From Gemmatimonadaceae bacterium (lineage in GTDB: Bacteria > Gemmatimonadota > Gemmatimonadetes > Gemmatimonadales > Gemmatimonadaceae), in contig JBGAJQ010000006.1 of the NCBI GenBank assembly GCA_044224875.1, forward strand, positions 76,802 to 140,801: 64,000 nt of DNA, in the 5' to 3' direction. Shown here piece after piece: positions 48,854 through 58,898 of the stretch; position 1 is the first letter of the stretch, and the number at the start of each line of letters is the position of its first letter. The translations under genes and the position numbers were made by a program. The notes under the pieces were generated by a model, which saw only the letters and a list, made by a program, of their open reading frames with translations, was not told the origin of the DNA and did not search any database.

Positions 48854-50037
48854 GAAGCTCGAACAAGGATCTGCAGTCCGCATTGATTCCAGCCGTCGCA
48901 GAAGGTCGGCTGGTTCGCGCCGAGTCGGCGCGTGCTCCGGGGGCGAGCCGGGGGCAGGGTTCGTCACCGCCACCGCCCGGAGGACCACCGTCGCCGCCGT
49001 GGCGCGCATTGACCGCCGCGGCCGCCGACGTCGCGACGACGTGGCCCGTGGACGAACACACGCGCATCACGACGTCCGACATTCGCGCCGCCGTCAGCAC
49101 CATCGTCGAGTCATTGCGAGCCGTGGTGGACGGACTCGCGCCGGACCTCGCGATCATTCCGGTGTTTGTGCCCGTGCGTCGAGTGCTGGAGGCCTTGCGA
49201 CGTTCGTTCCTGGACCATGCGCAGGCCCCGGATGTGCGACCGTTCTCCGATGAGGTGGTGGCGATCACCCGGGCGATGGAGCGCTTGCAGGAAGCGATGG
49301 ACGCGGACGCGACCCACCGCTTCGCATCGCGGCTCACAGGGTCGGAAGCGCAGCAGTTGGTGGTGGAAATGGCGCATGACATGCGCTCGCCCCTGGGGTC
49401 GATCCTCATTCTCGCCGAGCGCCTCCGGGCCGGCGCTGGGGGCGACTTGTCACCGATTCAGGTCCGCCAGCTCGGACTCATCTACTCGGCGGCGTTCGGA
49501 CTCAGCGCGCTGGCGGGCGACGTGATTGAGCTGGCACGCGGGGGCACCACCTTGATCGATCAGGAGCCGCTCGCCTTTGCGGTGTCTGACGTGCTGCAGT
49601 CGATCCTCGACATCCTCCGCCCGATGGCCGAAGAGAAGAAGCTGACCATGCGATGCGTTGGGCCATTGGCCGACGTCCGTATTGGCCATTCAGCGGCACT
49701 CAACCGGGTATTGTTGAACCTGGCGACGAACGCCATCAAGTTCACGAACACTGGCTCCGTCGAAGTTGTGTGCAGTGAACTCGACCGCACGCGCGTCGAG
49801 TTCTCGGTGCGAGACACCGGGCGCGGTATTCCCTCCCACGTGCGCGCCAATTTGTTTGAGGCGTTCCGTCAGCGACAAACGCCCGGCGACTACGCGTTCT
49901 CCAGCGCCGGCCTTGGGCTCTCGATTTGCGAGAAGCTGGTCCGAGCCATGGGTGGCGAGTTGCACGTGGAAACCGAGCTGGAAAAGGGAACCCGGTTCTA
50001 CTTTGCCCTCGAGCTACCGCAGCCCCCGCGCTTTTAG
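48850..50037 (+). CDS. Soluble sensor histidine kinase (HisKA + HATPase)
   Basis: AHDMRSPL H-box, NLATNAIKFT, DTGRGI and GLGLSI motifs; no TM segment. Confidence 0.9.
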   Translation: MRSSNKDLQSALIPAVAEGRLVRAESARAPGASRGQGSSPPPPGGPPSPPWRALTAAAADVATTWPVDEHTRITTSDIRAAVSTIVESLRAVVDGLAPDLAIIPVFVPVRRVLEALRRSFLDHAQAPDVRPFSDEVVAITRAMERLQEAMDADATHRFASRLTGSEAQQLVVEMAHDMRSPLGSILILAERLRAGAGGDLSPIQVRQLGLIYSAAFGLSALAGDVIELARGGTTLIDQEPLAFAVSDVLQSILDILRPMAEEKKLTMRCVGPLADVRIGHSAALNRVLLNLATNAIKFTNTGSVEVVCSELDRTRVEFSVRDTGRGIPSHVRANLFEAFRQRQTPGDYAFSSAGLGLSICEKLVRAMGGELHVETELEKGTRFYFALELPQPPRF

Positions 50038-50142
50038 TCGTGGCCACGCGACCGGTCCCTTCACTGGACGCGTGGATTCGGACGACGCAGTTTATCAGGT
50101 AGCCTGTCTTTCGATCGACTCACACCACCCGCTGAGGCACCG

Positions 50143-51438
50143 ATGACTCAACGTCGCGACTTCGTCACCTCTCTTCTGCGCGCGGGCGTCGCGCTGCCGG
50201 TCATGAACGCCGGGGCATTTCGGCACTTGATCGAGGGAGACGCCATGGTCCGCGGGAAGGCGGCGAATGCGGTGGCGAGCGATGAAGACTATTGGAACGA
50301 GATCGCGCGAGCGTTCGATACGGATCGATCGCTGGTGAACCTGAACAATGGTGGGTGTAGTCCAGCGCCGTCGCATGTCATGGAGGCGATGATACGGGAT
50401 CTCCGGTTCTCGAATGAAATCCCCGTCGAGCACATGTGGGGGGTGTTGGAGCCGCGGATCGAAAGCTGCCGGCGGGACCTCGCGCAGATGTTTGGCTGCG
50501 ACCTGGAAGAAATCGCGATCACGCGGAACGCGTCCGAAGCCAATGAGACGATGATCCTTGGCCTCGACTTGAAGCGCGGAGACGAAGTGCTGGTGACGAA
50601 CCAGAACTATGGGCGCATGCTCACGACGTGGGACCAGCGCGTCCGGCGCGACGGGATCGTCCTGAAGCAGATCTCATTCAAGGTTCCCGTCCCGTCACAG
50701 CAGTATCTCGTCGACCAATTCCGGGATGCGATCACACCGCGCACACGGGTCATCGAGATCACGCACATCACGAACCTCACGGGACACATCTTCCCGGTGC
50801 GCGAGATCGTTCAGATGGCGCGTGCGAAAGGGATTGAGGTGTTCATCGACGGCGCACACGCATTCGCCCAATTCCCGTTCACGCGTGACGAACTGGATGC
50901 GGACTATTACGGGACAAGTCTGCACAAGTGGTTGCATGCGCCGATTGGCACGGGCTTCCTGTACGTCCGGCGCAGCAAGATCAAGTCATTGTGGCCGATG
51001 ATGGCGGCTCCATCGTCCATGGATGAGAACATCCGCAAGTACGAAGAGATCGGCACGCATCCAGCGGCCAATCACAACGCGATCTCGGTGGCGGCCGCTT
51101 TTACTCGCGGTATCGGCCTGGATCGCAAGGCGGCGCGACTCCGCTTCCTGCGGGACCGCTGGGCCGATCGCCTGGAGAAAGAGTCCTCGCGCGTGCACGT
51201 CCTCACCACGCGCGACGATCGTCACTCCTGCGGGATTGCGATGGTCAATGTGGACGGCATCGACACGCCCAAGCTGCAACAGTGGCTGTGGGGGAAGCAT
51301 CGCATCATGACCACGACCATCGTCCACCCGGAATTTCACGGGCTGCGCATCACTCCGAGCATCTATACCACGCTCAGCGACATCGACACATTCGGCGACA
51401 TGATGGTCCAGGCCATCCGGTCGGGCATCGCGGTCTAG
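50143..51438 (+). CDS. Aminotransferase class V PLP enzyme (isopenicillin-N-epimerase/cysteine-desulfurase-like) with a Tat-like signal
   Basis: QRRDF; NLNNGG.SP; DGAH; SLHKW; G.GFLYVR. Confidence 0.85.
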   Translation: MTQRRDFVTSLLRAGVALPVMNAGAFRHLIEGDAMVRGKAANAVASDEDYWNEIARAFDTDRSLVNLNNGGCSPAPSHVMEAMIRDLRFSNEIPVEHMWGVLEPRIESCRRDLAQMFGCDLEEIAITRNASEANETMILGLDLKRGDEVLVTNQNYGRMLTTWDQRVRRDGIVLKQISFKVPVPSQQYLVDQFRDAITPRTRVIEITHITNLTGHIFPVREIVQMARAKGIEVFIDGAHAFAQFPFTRDELDADYYGTSLHKWLHAPIGTGFLYVRRSKIKSLWPMMAAPSSMDENIRKYEEIGTHPAANHNAISVAAAFTRGIGLDRKAARLRFLRDRWADRLEKESSRVHVLTTRDDRHSCGIAMVNVDGIDTPKLQQWLWGKHRIMTTTIVHPEFHGLRITPSIYTTLSDIDTFGDMMVQAIRSGIAV

Positions 51439-51460
51439 GCCGAAGCCCTCGCCGCCAGAC

Positions 51461-51489
51461 CAAACGCCCGTCCTGTCGACGGGCGTTTG
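51461..51489. terminator. Bidirectional terminator
   Basis: 12-bp stem CAAACGCCCGTC / GACGGGCGTTTG between convergent genes. Confidence 0.8.
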
Positions 51490-51493
51490 TATT

Positions 51494-52642
51494 TCAGGGG
51501 GTGGTGGCGAGGTGCGCGACCTGGTCGCGGCCCGCGCGTTTGGCGGTGTACAGGGCCGCATCGGCCCGCTGCGTCCACGACATGGCGTCATCTCCCAGCT
51601 GCAGCTCGGCGATGCCGACCGACAGCGTGCACTCCAGCTTGGGCTCCGAGCCCTGCTGGGCCGCCAGCACCTCACGCATGGCGCGCCGGAGCTTCTCGCC
51701 TAACGCGGTGGCTCCCTCGTGAGACGTCTCCTGCAGGATGACGGCAAATTCATCGCCACCGTAGCGGCAGACGTAGTCCACACGGCGCAGGAACGTCCGC
51801 GACAGGGCGCGCGCGACCTGTCGCAGCGCCTCATCGCCGACCGGATGCCCGAACGCGTCGTTGATCTGCTTGAAGTTGTCGACGTCGATCATCATCAGGC
51901 ACGCCGGCTGCCCAAGGAGCGAGTGCAACTCGATGCTGCGCGTAATGTAGTCGTCGAAGGAGCGTCGGTTCGGCAGGCGGGTGAGTGGATCGAGGGCACT
52001 CTCGCGACGCGCGTCCTCCAGTTCACGCCCCAGACTTTTCAGCTTGTCGGCCAGGACGGTGAACTGCTGTCGTTGACGCTCCCGCCGCGCCACCATCAGG
52101 TTTTCCATGACCGAGATGGCCGCGATCGTTTCGCGTTTGAGCTGCTCGGTGGAGTTGCCCGTGACGGCCGCCTTGACGCGCGTGAAGTGCTCGGTGGCGA
52201 TTCGCCCCTCTTCCTGCTCTTCCAACACCAGCTGGTGCAGTGCCGACACGAACGCCCAGATGCTATCCCTGAAGTCGCCGAGGGCGCGGGTGACGTAGGC
52301 GGCCTCGTCGCGCCGTGTGCCGCCGAAGTACTGCACCAGTCCCTTCCAGTCGCGGTACAGCACACCGCCGGCTGGCCGCTCCTCGCTCGATCCCGGGCGG
52401 GTAGCGCCCATCGTCGCGTGAAGCATCCACGCGTGAACCAGGTTCCGCGTGTCACCTGCTCCCGCGGTATCGGTGTCAAAGGCGTGCTTGCCGTACAGCT
52501 GCAACACGGCGCCCAACGCATCCAGGACCAACGACGTCTCGGGAGACATCTTGGCCGGCGTGCTCGAGTCCTCCGGGGCAGGGGTCGCCGGCGCCGGGGC
52601 TGAAGAGCTAGGTGATTTGGACTGCCGGAAGATGGACAACAC
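51494..52642 (-). CDS. Diguanylate cyclase (intact GGDEF) with an N-terminal helical region
   Basis: DPLTRLPNRR, DVDNFKQINDAFGH..GD and RYGGDEF motifs; GTG after AAGGA. Confidence 0.9.
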   Translation of the reverse strand: MLSIFRQSKSPSSSAPAPATPAPEDSSTPAKMSPETSLVLDALGAVLQLYGKHAFDTDTAGAGDTRNLVHAWMLHATMGATRPGSSEERPAGGVLYRDWKGLVQYFGGTRRDEAAYVTRALGDFRDSIWAFVSALHQLVLEEQEEGRIATEHFTRVKAAVTGNSTEQLKRETIAAISVMENLMVARRERQRQQFTVLADKLKSLGRELEDARRESALDPLTRLPNRRSFDDYITRSIELHSLLGQPACLMMIDVDNFKQINDAFGHPVGDEALRQVARALSRTFLRRVDYVCRYGGDEFAVILQETSHEGATALGEKLRRAMREVLAAQQGSEPKLECTLSVGIAELQLGDDAMSWTQRADAALYTAKRAGRDQVAHLATTP

Positions 52643-52854
52643 GTGATCGACGTCCTTCGCGTGAGCCGCTGGCCTAAGAAAACGCCATGGGGACAGACGC
52701 GGGGACCGACGTCCCCGAAACGCCGCCTGCCAACCCTCTTTCGTGAGTATCGGTCTGGCGCCGGTGAAACCGTAGCACCGCCCGGCGGCGCGGGTCACCA
52801 AATCCCGGGCACCTCAACGCGGCTTTCTTGCCCCGACCGCGGCCGTCGCCCTGC

Positions 52855-53652
52855 CTAGAATCGGCCGCTCAGTAGCCAAAGCCCGCTGGCAAAGCCGATG
52901 GTGACGATGGCTTGACGCACCCGTTGTTGGGGCACGCGTTGCGCCATCGCCGACCCGGCGTAGCCGCCAACGATCGCCCCCACAGCCATGGCGAGCGCCA
53001 CCGGCCAGTTCACAAGACTCGACCGAGCGAAGGTGAGCGCGGCCACGGCGTTGATGCATAACGCGCCGAAGTTCTTCAGGCCGTTCATCCGGTGAATGTT
53101 GGTGAATCCGATGAAGCCGAGGGCGGCCAGCATGAGGATACCGATGCCGGCCCCGAAGTACCCGCCATACAGCGCGACCAGAAGTTGAAAGACCAGGACG
53201 AGCAGCGGAGGCGCCGTCGGGTCGCCACCAACGGGCACTGTCTCGGGACCTCGGCGCGCTCGCATCCAATCCATAAAGGGGCGTTGCACGACGAAGAGCG
53301 AGGTGGCTCCAAGCACCAACCACGGGACCAAGGCCTCAAACCGAGCGGCGGGCGTACGCAGCAGCAGTAGGGCTCCCAGAAACCCACCGCAGACGCTCGG
53401 GATGGCCCACCGGAGGGCCCAGCTAGTTGCCCCGGACAGCTCGCGACGATACCCGAGCATGGAACCGAGCGCCCCGGGCCAGAGGGCGACGGTACTCGTG
53501 GCATTTGCGACGATCGGCGAGATGCCGAGCGCAATCAGCGCAGGAAAGGTGAGGAGGGTACCACCCCCCGCAATCGAGTTGATCGCTCCGCCACCAATCG
53601 CAGCGAGGACAACGAGGAACAGGTGGCTGGCGCTTGTGTCGGGCGCGATGAT
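52855..53652 (-). CDS. TauE/SafE (TSUP) family sulfite exporter; apparent ATC start
   Basis: INSIAGGGTLLTFPAL, ANATSTVAL and YGGYFGAGIG motifs; the frame extends 64 codons upstream of the track ORF to AGAGGAG-N8-ATC. Confidence 0.85.
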   Translation of the reverse strand: MIAPDTSASHLFLVVLAAIGGGAINSIAGGGTLLTFPALIALGISPIVANATSTVALWPGALGSMLGYRRELSGATSWALRWAIPSVCGGFLGALLLLRTPAARFEALVPWLVLGATSLFVVQRPFMDWMRARRGPETVPVGGDPTAPPLLVLVFQLLVALYGGYFGAGIGILMLAALGFIGFTNIHRMNGLKNFGALCINAVAALTFARSSLVNWPVALAMAVGAIVGGYAGSAMAQRVPQQRVRQAIVTIGFASGLWLLSGRF

Positions 53653-53960
53653 GGAGGGGTCTCCTCTGACGGCGAGGTCAGCATTGCACGGAGGGTGCGT
53701 CGGGTCGCGATCGGTGCTTGCAGCGGGATGATCGCGAGGCGCCGAGGGATGCTGGTCTTCAAGGCATTGTCGGGAACAGCCCGCGCGTCGTCAGGGGTTG
53801 GCTGGCAGACGCCCGGTAGAACGTGGGGAAGCTTCACGCACGCGGAAGAAAGCGGATTCCGCGGCAGGCAGCAATACGACGCGGGGCAGTACGGCGATAG
53901 CTTTCGGGTGCGAGTATTCTCCGCAGGTGCGGACTCTATGACAAAGGGAGAGCGAAGGGT

Positions 53961-55292
53961 ATGACGACCACGGCGACAACTTCCGCGCCGAGCACGGGCG
54001 CATCGATCGAAGTGCGTGACGGCCGTACCGGCCAGTCCTATACGCTCCCGGTTGCGGACGGCGCCATTCGCGCCACGGATCTTCGACAGGTCCGCGTGGA
54101 TGCGAATGATTTTGGACTGATGTCGTACGATCCGGCATTCATGAACACGGCTTCGTGCCGCAGCGCAATCACGTACATCGACGGCGACCAAGGGATACTG
54201 CGCTACCGTGGCTACCCGATCGAGCAGCTGGCGGAGACCGCCAGTTTCCTCGAGGTCGCGTGGCTGTTGCGTCACGGTGAGTTGCCGACCCAGACCGAGT
54301 ACGACCGCTGGGTGCACGACATCACGTACCACACGTACGTGCACGAGAACATCAAGCATTTCCTGGAAGGCTTCCGGTACGACGCGCACCCGATGTCGAT
54401 GTTAGGCAGCTCGGTCGCTGCACTTTCCAGTTTTTACCCGGAAGCCCGCAACATCTTCGATCCGGAACAGCGGTACATCTCGATCATCCGGCTGCTGGCG
54501 AAGGTGCCAACGATTGCCGCGTTCTGTTATCGGCACGTGAAGGGGCTGCCCTTCGTGTATCCGGATAACGACCTGCCGTACGCGGAGAACTTCCTGTCGA
54601 TGATCGCCCGGATGAGCGAGTCCAAGTACGTCTCGAATCCGGTTTTCGCCAAGGCGATCGAGATCCTGTTCATCCTGCACGCGGACCACGAACAGAATTG
54701 CTCCACCAACGCCGTTCGAGCTGTCGGATCGTCCCACGTCGACCCGTTTAGCGCGGTGGCAGCGGGCATCATGGCCCTCTACGGCCCCCTGCACGGGGGC
54801 GCCAATGAGCAGGTGCTCCGCATGATCGAGAGCATTGGCCACGTCAAGAACGTGCCGGCCTTCATTGACGAGGTGAAGGGTGGCAAGGGCCAGCGCCTGA
54901 TGGGCTTTGGGCATCGCGTGTACAAGAGCTACGACCCGCGGGCCAAGATCGTGAAGAAGCTGGCGGATGACGTCTTCCGGGTGGTCGGCATGGACAAGGA
55001 CCTGGAGATCGCGTTGGAGCTGGAGCGCATTGCCCTCTCCGATGACTACTTCATCCAACGGAAGCTTTACCCCAATGTCGACTTCTACACGGGCCTGATC
55101 TATCGGGCGATGAAGTTCCCCACCGACTACTTCACCGTCCTCTTCGCCATTCCGCGTGTCGCGGGCTGGCTGTCGCAGTGGGAGGAGATGCTGCTGGACA
55201 AGGAGCAGAAGATCGCGAGGCCGCGCCAGATCTATACGGGCTACGATGAACGTCCGTACACTTCGAGCCTCCGACACCGCACGGCAAAGTAG
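53961..55292 (+). CDS. gltA: Citrate synthase
   Basis: YDPAFMNTASC.S.ITYIDG..G.LRYRGY, LHADHEQNCST, GPLHGGAN, GFGHRVYK.YDPRA and YPNVDFY motifs. Confidence 0.97.
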   Translation: MTTTATTSAPSTGASIEVRDGRTGQSYTLPVADGAIRATDLRQVRVDANDFGLMSYDPAFMNTASCRSAITYIDGDQGILRYRGYPIEQLAETASFLEVAWLLRHGELPTQTEYDRWVHDITYHTYVHENIKHFLEGFRYDAHPMSMLGSSVAALSSFYPEARNIFDPEQRYISIIRLLAKVPTIAAFCYRHVKGLPFVYPDNDLPYAENFLSMIARMSESKYVSNPVFAKAIEILFILHADHEQNCSTNAVRAVGSSHVDPFSAVAAGIMALYGPLHGGANEQVLRMIESIGHVKNVPAFIDEVKGGKGQRLMGFGHRVYKSYDPRAKIVKKLADDVFRVVGMDKDLEIALELERIALSDDYFIQRKLYPNVDFYTGLIYRAMKFPTDYFTVLFAIPRVAGWLSQWEEMLLDKEQKIARPRQIYTGYDERPYTSSLRHRTAK

Positions 55293-55340
55293 CAGCTGGT
55301 CGATCGGTCGTTGAGCGATGTGACCGGGGGCGCGCGGGGG

Positions 55341-56141
55341 CTACCGCGCGCCCCGTCGTCTTGCGTTGCGGCGGGGCTTGGTGTGGTCCGGACCGACGGG
55401 CCGAGTTGGGGCCGCCATCTGGCGCCTTGTTGCACGCCCAGCCCGTGTCGCCGTCCGAGAAAGATCCGTATCGGTCGCCGCCGAGAGACACCAACGGCGA
55501 ACCGGACAGCGCGCACAATGCGCGACGCGTGCGGTACAGACCAGTGCGCCCAGCTCCATCAGGGCTTGGTTGTGGACCCACGCCGCCTTCCCGTGCTGGG
55601 GTACGATGGACGTGGCGACGCGCCAGATTCGCGAGAGATCGCGCGCGCGTTTTGGTTTGAGCTGTGGGGCGAAGAGCCGGGCAAGTACACGGGCAACGTT
55701 CGTGTCGACCAACGGCGCCGGGTGCTCGTAGGCGAACGAGGCGACGGCACCGGCGGTGTAGCGTCCGATGCCGGGAAGGGCGCGCAACGCCGCGACACTG
55801 TCGGGAATCGTGCCTCGGTGCGAATCGCGCACCTCGCGGGCGAGGGCGTGCAGGTTGCGAGCGCGGGCGTAGTAGCCGAGTCCCTCCCATCGCTCCATCA
55901 CCCGCCGCGGGCTCGCTTCGGCGACGGTGTCCAGCGTCGGGAAGCGATCCAGGAACCTCTGGTAGTAGTCGATGACGCGTGACACCTGCGTCTGTTGCAG
56001 CATCAGCTCCGACACCAGGACGCGATACGGATCGCGTGTGCGGCGCCAGGGAAGGTCTCGTCCATGCCGTCGGAACCAGGCACGAAGGGCGCGCGAGACC
56101 CTCCGCGCGATGGCGGGATCGATGGCGACGTCACCAGGCAT
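55341..56141 (-). CDS. mutY: A/G-specific adenine glycosylase, short form lacking the C-terminal NUDIX-like domain
   Basis: RDLPWR, VSELMLQQTQV, WEGLGYYARARNL, LPGIGRYTA, VDTNV and NQALMELGALVC...C..CP....C motifs. Confidence 0.88.
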   Translation of the reverse strand: MPGDVAIDPAIARRVSRALRAWFRRHGRDLPWRRTRDPYRVLVSELMLQQTQVSRVIDYYQRFLDRFPTLDTVAEASPRRVMERWEGLGYYARARNLHALAREVRDSHRGTIPDSVAALRALPGIGRYTAGAVASFAYEHPAPLVDTNVARVLARLFAPQLKPKRARDLSRIWRVATSIVPQHGKAAWVHNQALMELGALVCTARVAHCARCPVRRWCLSAATDTDLSRTATRAGRATRRQMAAPTRPVGPDHTKPRRNARRRGAR

Positions 56142-56161
56142 GATCGTCGCCAATCTAGGCG

Positions 56162-57337
56162 TCAGTACTTTGCGATCGTAGGGTCGACCTCGTCGGACCA
56201 GCGAAGAATTCCGCCGGCCACGTTCCACACATCGTTGAATCCAGCCTGCTGCAGGAATGTCACGGCACGCGCGCTGCGCACGCCGCCCTTGCAGAAGACC
56301 AGGACCGGGTGTCGCGGATCGAGCGACTCAACGGCATCGGGAAGTGTGTGCAACGGGATCAGTCGTGCGCCGGGAATCCGGGTGATCGCATGCTCCTGGA
56401 CTTCCCGGACGTCAATCAGCTGCACCCGGGGCTCGCTTCTTACCCGCGTGGCGGCTTCCGTCGGCGTGAGCTCTGGGACGGCGGCGATGCCGGGGCCGGA
56501 CAGGCCGCAGAACCGTTCGTAGTCGATCAGGTCCGTCAGCGTACGTGCGCCGCACGCAGGGCACGAGGGGTCCTTGCGCACGCGCACGGTGCGCACTTTC
56601 GCGCCCAGGGCGTCGACCAGCAACAACCGGCCCACCAGCGGTTCGCCAATCCGCAGGATGAGCTTCAACACCTCCGTCGCCTGCCAGACGCCGACGAGCC
56701 CAGGCAGCACACCCAGCACGCCACCTTCGGCGCACGAGGGGACGAGCCCTGGCGGCGGCGGTTCCGGATACAGGCATCGATAGCATGGCCCGTCAGCCGC
56801 ACCAAACACGGAGACCTGTCCGTCGAACCGGAAGATGCTCCCGTACACGTTCACCTTCCCGAGCAGCACACAGGCGTCGTTCACCAGGTACCTTGTGGCG
56901 AAGTTGTCGGTGCCGTCCACGACCACGTCGTACGACCCAACGATGGCCTTCGCGTTGGCGGCGGTCAGCCGCGCATGGTGACGCACGATCGAGACATGCG
57001 GATTCACGTCGCGAAGGCGGTCACAGGCGGAGTCGAGCTTGGACCGCCCGACATCGGCTGTGCCATGGAGTAGTTGTCGCTGCAGGTTCGAGGCATCGAC
57101 GCGGTCATCGTCGACCAATCCGAGGGTGCCGACTCCTGCGGCCGCCAGATACAACGCCACGGGCGAGCCAAGTCCGCCAAGGCCCACCACGAGCACGCGT
57201 GCCGCCTTGAGCCGTTGCTGTCCGTCGGTTCCGACTTCGGCGAGCAACATGTGCCGGCTGTAGCGTATCAGCTCGTCTGAGGACAGCGTCGTTTCGGATG
57301 ACGTTCCGAGCGCCTCCTCCGTTAAAAGCGTGCCCAT
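56162..57337 (-). CDS. moeB: MoeB/ThiF adenylyltransferase fused to rhodanese (MoeZ-like)
   Basis: RYSRH, GLGGLG, SNLQRQ, DGTDNF, CYRC, PSCAEGGVLG; C-terminal DVRE...CKGGVRS. Confidence 0.92.
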   Translation of the reverse strand: MGTLLTEEALGTSSETTLSSDELIRYSRHMLLAEVGTDGQQRLKAARVLVVGLGGLGSPVALYLAAAGVGTLGLVDDDRVDASNLQRQLLHGTADVGRSKLDSACDRLRDVNPHVSIVRHHARLTAANAKAIVGSYDVVVDGTDNFATRYLVNDACVLLGKVNVYGSIFRFDGQVSVFGAADGPCYRCLYPEPPPPGLVPSCAEGGVLGVLPGLVGVWQATEVLKLILRIGEPLVGRLLLVDALGAKVRTVRVRKDPSCPACGARTLTDLIDYERFCGLSGPGIAAVPELTPTEAATRVRSEPRVQLIDVREVQEHAITRIPGARLIPLHTLPDAVESLDPRHPVLVFCKGGVRSARAVTFLQQAGFNDVWNVAGGILRWSDEVDPTIAKY

Positions 57338-57340
57338 GGG

Positions 57341-57616
57341 CTAACCTCCGGCGACGGCGGGCACGACGGTGACTTCGTCCCCGTCGTTGAGCGCGGTTTG
57401 GAAGCCGTCGAGGAATCGCACGTCTTCGTCATTGACGTAGAAGGTGACGAACGGATGCGGTCGCCCGTCGGCGTGGGCGAGGCGCGGTTTGAGCGCCGGA
57501 AAGCGGTCACCGAGTTCCTGAACGACGGCACCGACGGTTGGCCCGGAGACGGACAACGCGCGCTCACCAGCGGCAAAGGGGGCGAGGACGGCGGGAAGTG
57601 AAAGCGTGATGGACAT
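57341..57616 (-). CDS. Ubiquitin-like sulfur carrier protein (MoaD/ThiS/CysO family)
   Basis: 91 aa ending PAVAGG; YVNDEDVRF motif. Confidence 0.92.
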   Translation of the reverse strand: MSITLSLPAVLAPFAAGERALSVSGPTVGAVVQELGDRFPALKPRLAHADGRPHPFVTFYVNDEDVRFLDGFQTALNDGDEVTVVPAVAGG

Positions 57617-57623
57617 GAGATGC

Positions 57624-58898
57624 CTAACGAAGTGGCTCCGGGGTTGGTTCGGCCGCGAGCGCGGCCACCTCCCGAAGGCGTGGGTCGATGAGTGGGGCGC
57701 TGGCCAGCACCTGGTCGACGGCCTCCACGGTCTTCAATCCATTTCCGGTGATGCAGAGGACGACTTCGTCGCGGGCGGTGAGATGGCCACTGTCGACGAG
57801 GGATCGCGCAGCCGCGACCGTGACGCCTCCCGCTGTTTCCGCGAAGATGCCCGATGTCTCGGCGAGCAGGCGGATGCCAGCAACCAAATCGGCATCGCTG
57901 ACCGCCCGCGCCCACCCCTTGGTGCCGAGAATCGCGTCGCGCGCGATGAGGGCGTCGGCCGGGGCACCGATCGCGAGGGATCGGGCGATCGTGGCCGGTT
58001 TCACGGGAACCAACGTGGCCCCGCCCGACTCCACGAGCCTAACGATCGGCGCGCAGCCCGTGGCTTGCGCCCCAAACAATCGCGGCCCCTCCCCGTCGAT
58101 CAGTCCCGCCGTACGGGCTTCCTTGAAACCCTTCGCGATCTTGGAGACCAGCGAACCGCCCGCCATCGGCGCGACAATCGCGGTGGGCGATCGCCACCCC
58201 AGCTGCTCGGCGATCTCGAATGCGACAGTCTTGGACCCTTCACCGTAGTAGGCGCGAAGATTCACGTTCACGATGCCCCAGCCGAATCGATCGGCGACCT
58301 GGGCGCACAGGCGATTGACATCGTCGTACGTGCCGCGGACGCGAACGAGGCGAGCGCCGTACACCGCGGTGCCCACCACCTTCGCATGCTCGAGGGATTC
58401 GGGCACGAAGATCCAGGCCGGCGTGCCAATCCGCGCCGTGTGCGCGGCTACTGCGTTGGCAAGGTTGCCGGTGGACGCACACCCAACCACCGCGATGTCG
58501 AACGCGCGTGCTGCATTCAACGCCGTCGCCACCACTCGATCCTTGAACGACAACGAAGGAAATGACAGGGCGTCGTTCTTGATCCAGCAGCGCGCGACGC
58601 CGAGGACGCGGGCAAGGCGCGGGGCTTCCACGAGCGGCGTCCAACCGATGTCCGTTGAGACGACGGGCTCGCCGTCAAAGGGGAGCCATTCACGATAGCG
58701 CCACAAATTTTGCGGTCGAGTGGCAATGTCGTCGCGCGTCGGCAAGACGCGGTGTGGGTCATAGACGGGCTCGAGCGGCCCCAGACACGCGGGGCAGATG
58801 TGTGTCGGCGCGGCGACGTGCGGTTCGCCGCAGGCAGAGCACACGAGAGGGAGTGGCCGCAACGCCGCGGCGGCGGGGGAGGGCAGGACCGACGTCAT
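57624..58898 (-). CDS. Threonine-synthase-like PLP enzyme (candidate sulfur-carrier-dependent homocysteine synthase)
   Basis: N-terminal C..C...C..C; SFKDR, CASTGNLA, EGSKT and ITGNGLK motifs; GAAGGAGG RBS. Confidence 0.85.
   Translation of the reverse strand: MTSVLPSPAAAALRPLPLVCSACGEPHVAAPTHICPACLGPLEPVYDPHRVLPTRDDIATRPQNLWRYREWLPFDGEPVVSTDIGWTPLVEAPRLARVLGVARCWIKNDALSFPSLSFKDRVVATALNAARAFDIAVVGCASTGNLANAVAAHTARIGTPAWIFVPESLEHAKVVGTAVYGARLVRVRGTYDDVNRLCAQVADRFGWGIVNVNLRAYYGEGSKTVAFEIAEQLGWRSPTAIVAPMAGGSLVSKIAKGFKEARTAGLIDGEGPRLFGAQATGCAPIVRLVESGGATLVPVKPATIARSLAIGAPADALIARDAILGTKGWARAVSDADLVAGIRLLAETSGIFAETAGGVTVAAARSLVDSGHLTARDEVVLCITGNGLKTVEAVDQVLASAPLIDPRLREVAALAAEPTPEPLR

Noticed and set aside
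52643..52854. Possible c-di-GMP riboswitch or sigma28 promoter (TACGGTTT-N12-ACCGATAC) upstream of the diguanylate cyclase
   Set aside because: No GEMM GAAA-tetraloop/GCAAA layout, and the sigma28-like match has mismatches and wrong spacing
55341..56141. mutY as a truncated pseudogene
   Set aside because: The catalytic, HhH and Fe-S motifs are intact, and short MutY forms without the C-terminal domain are common
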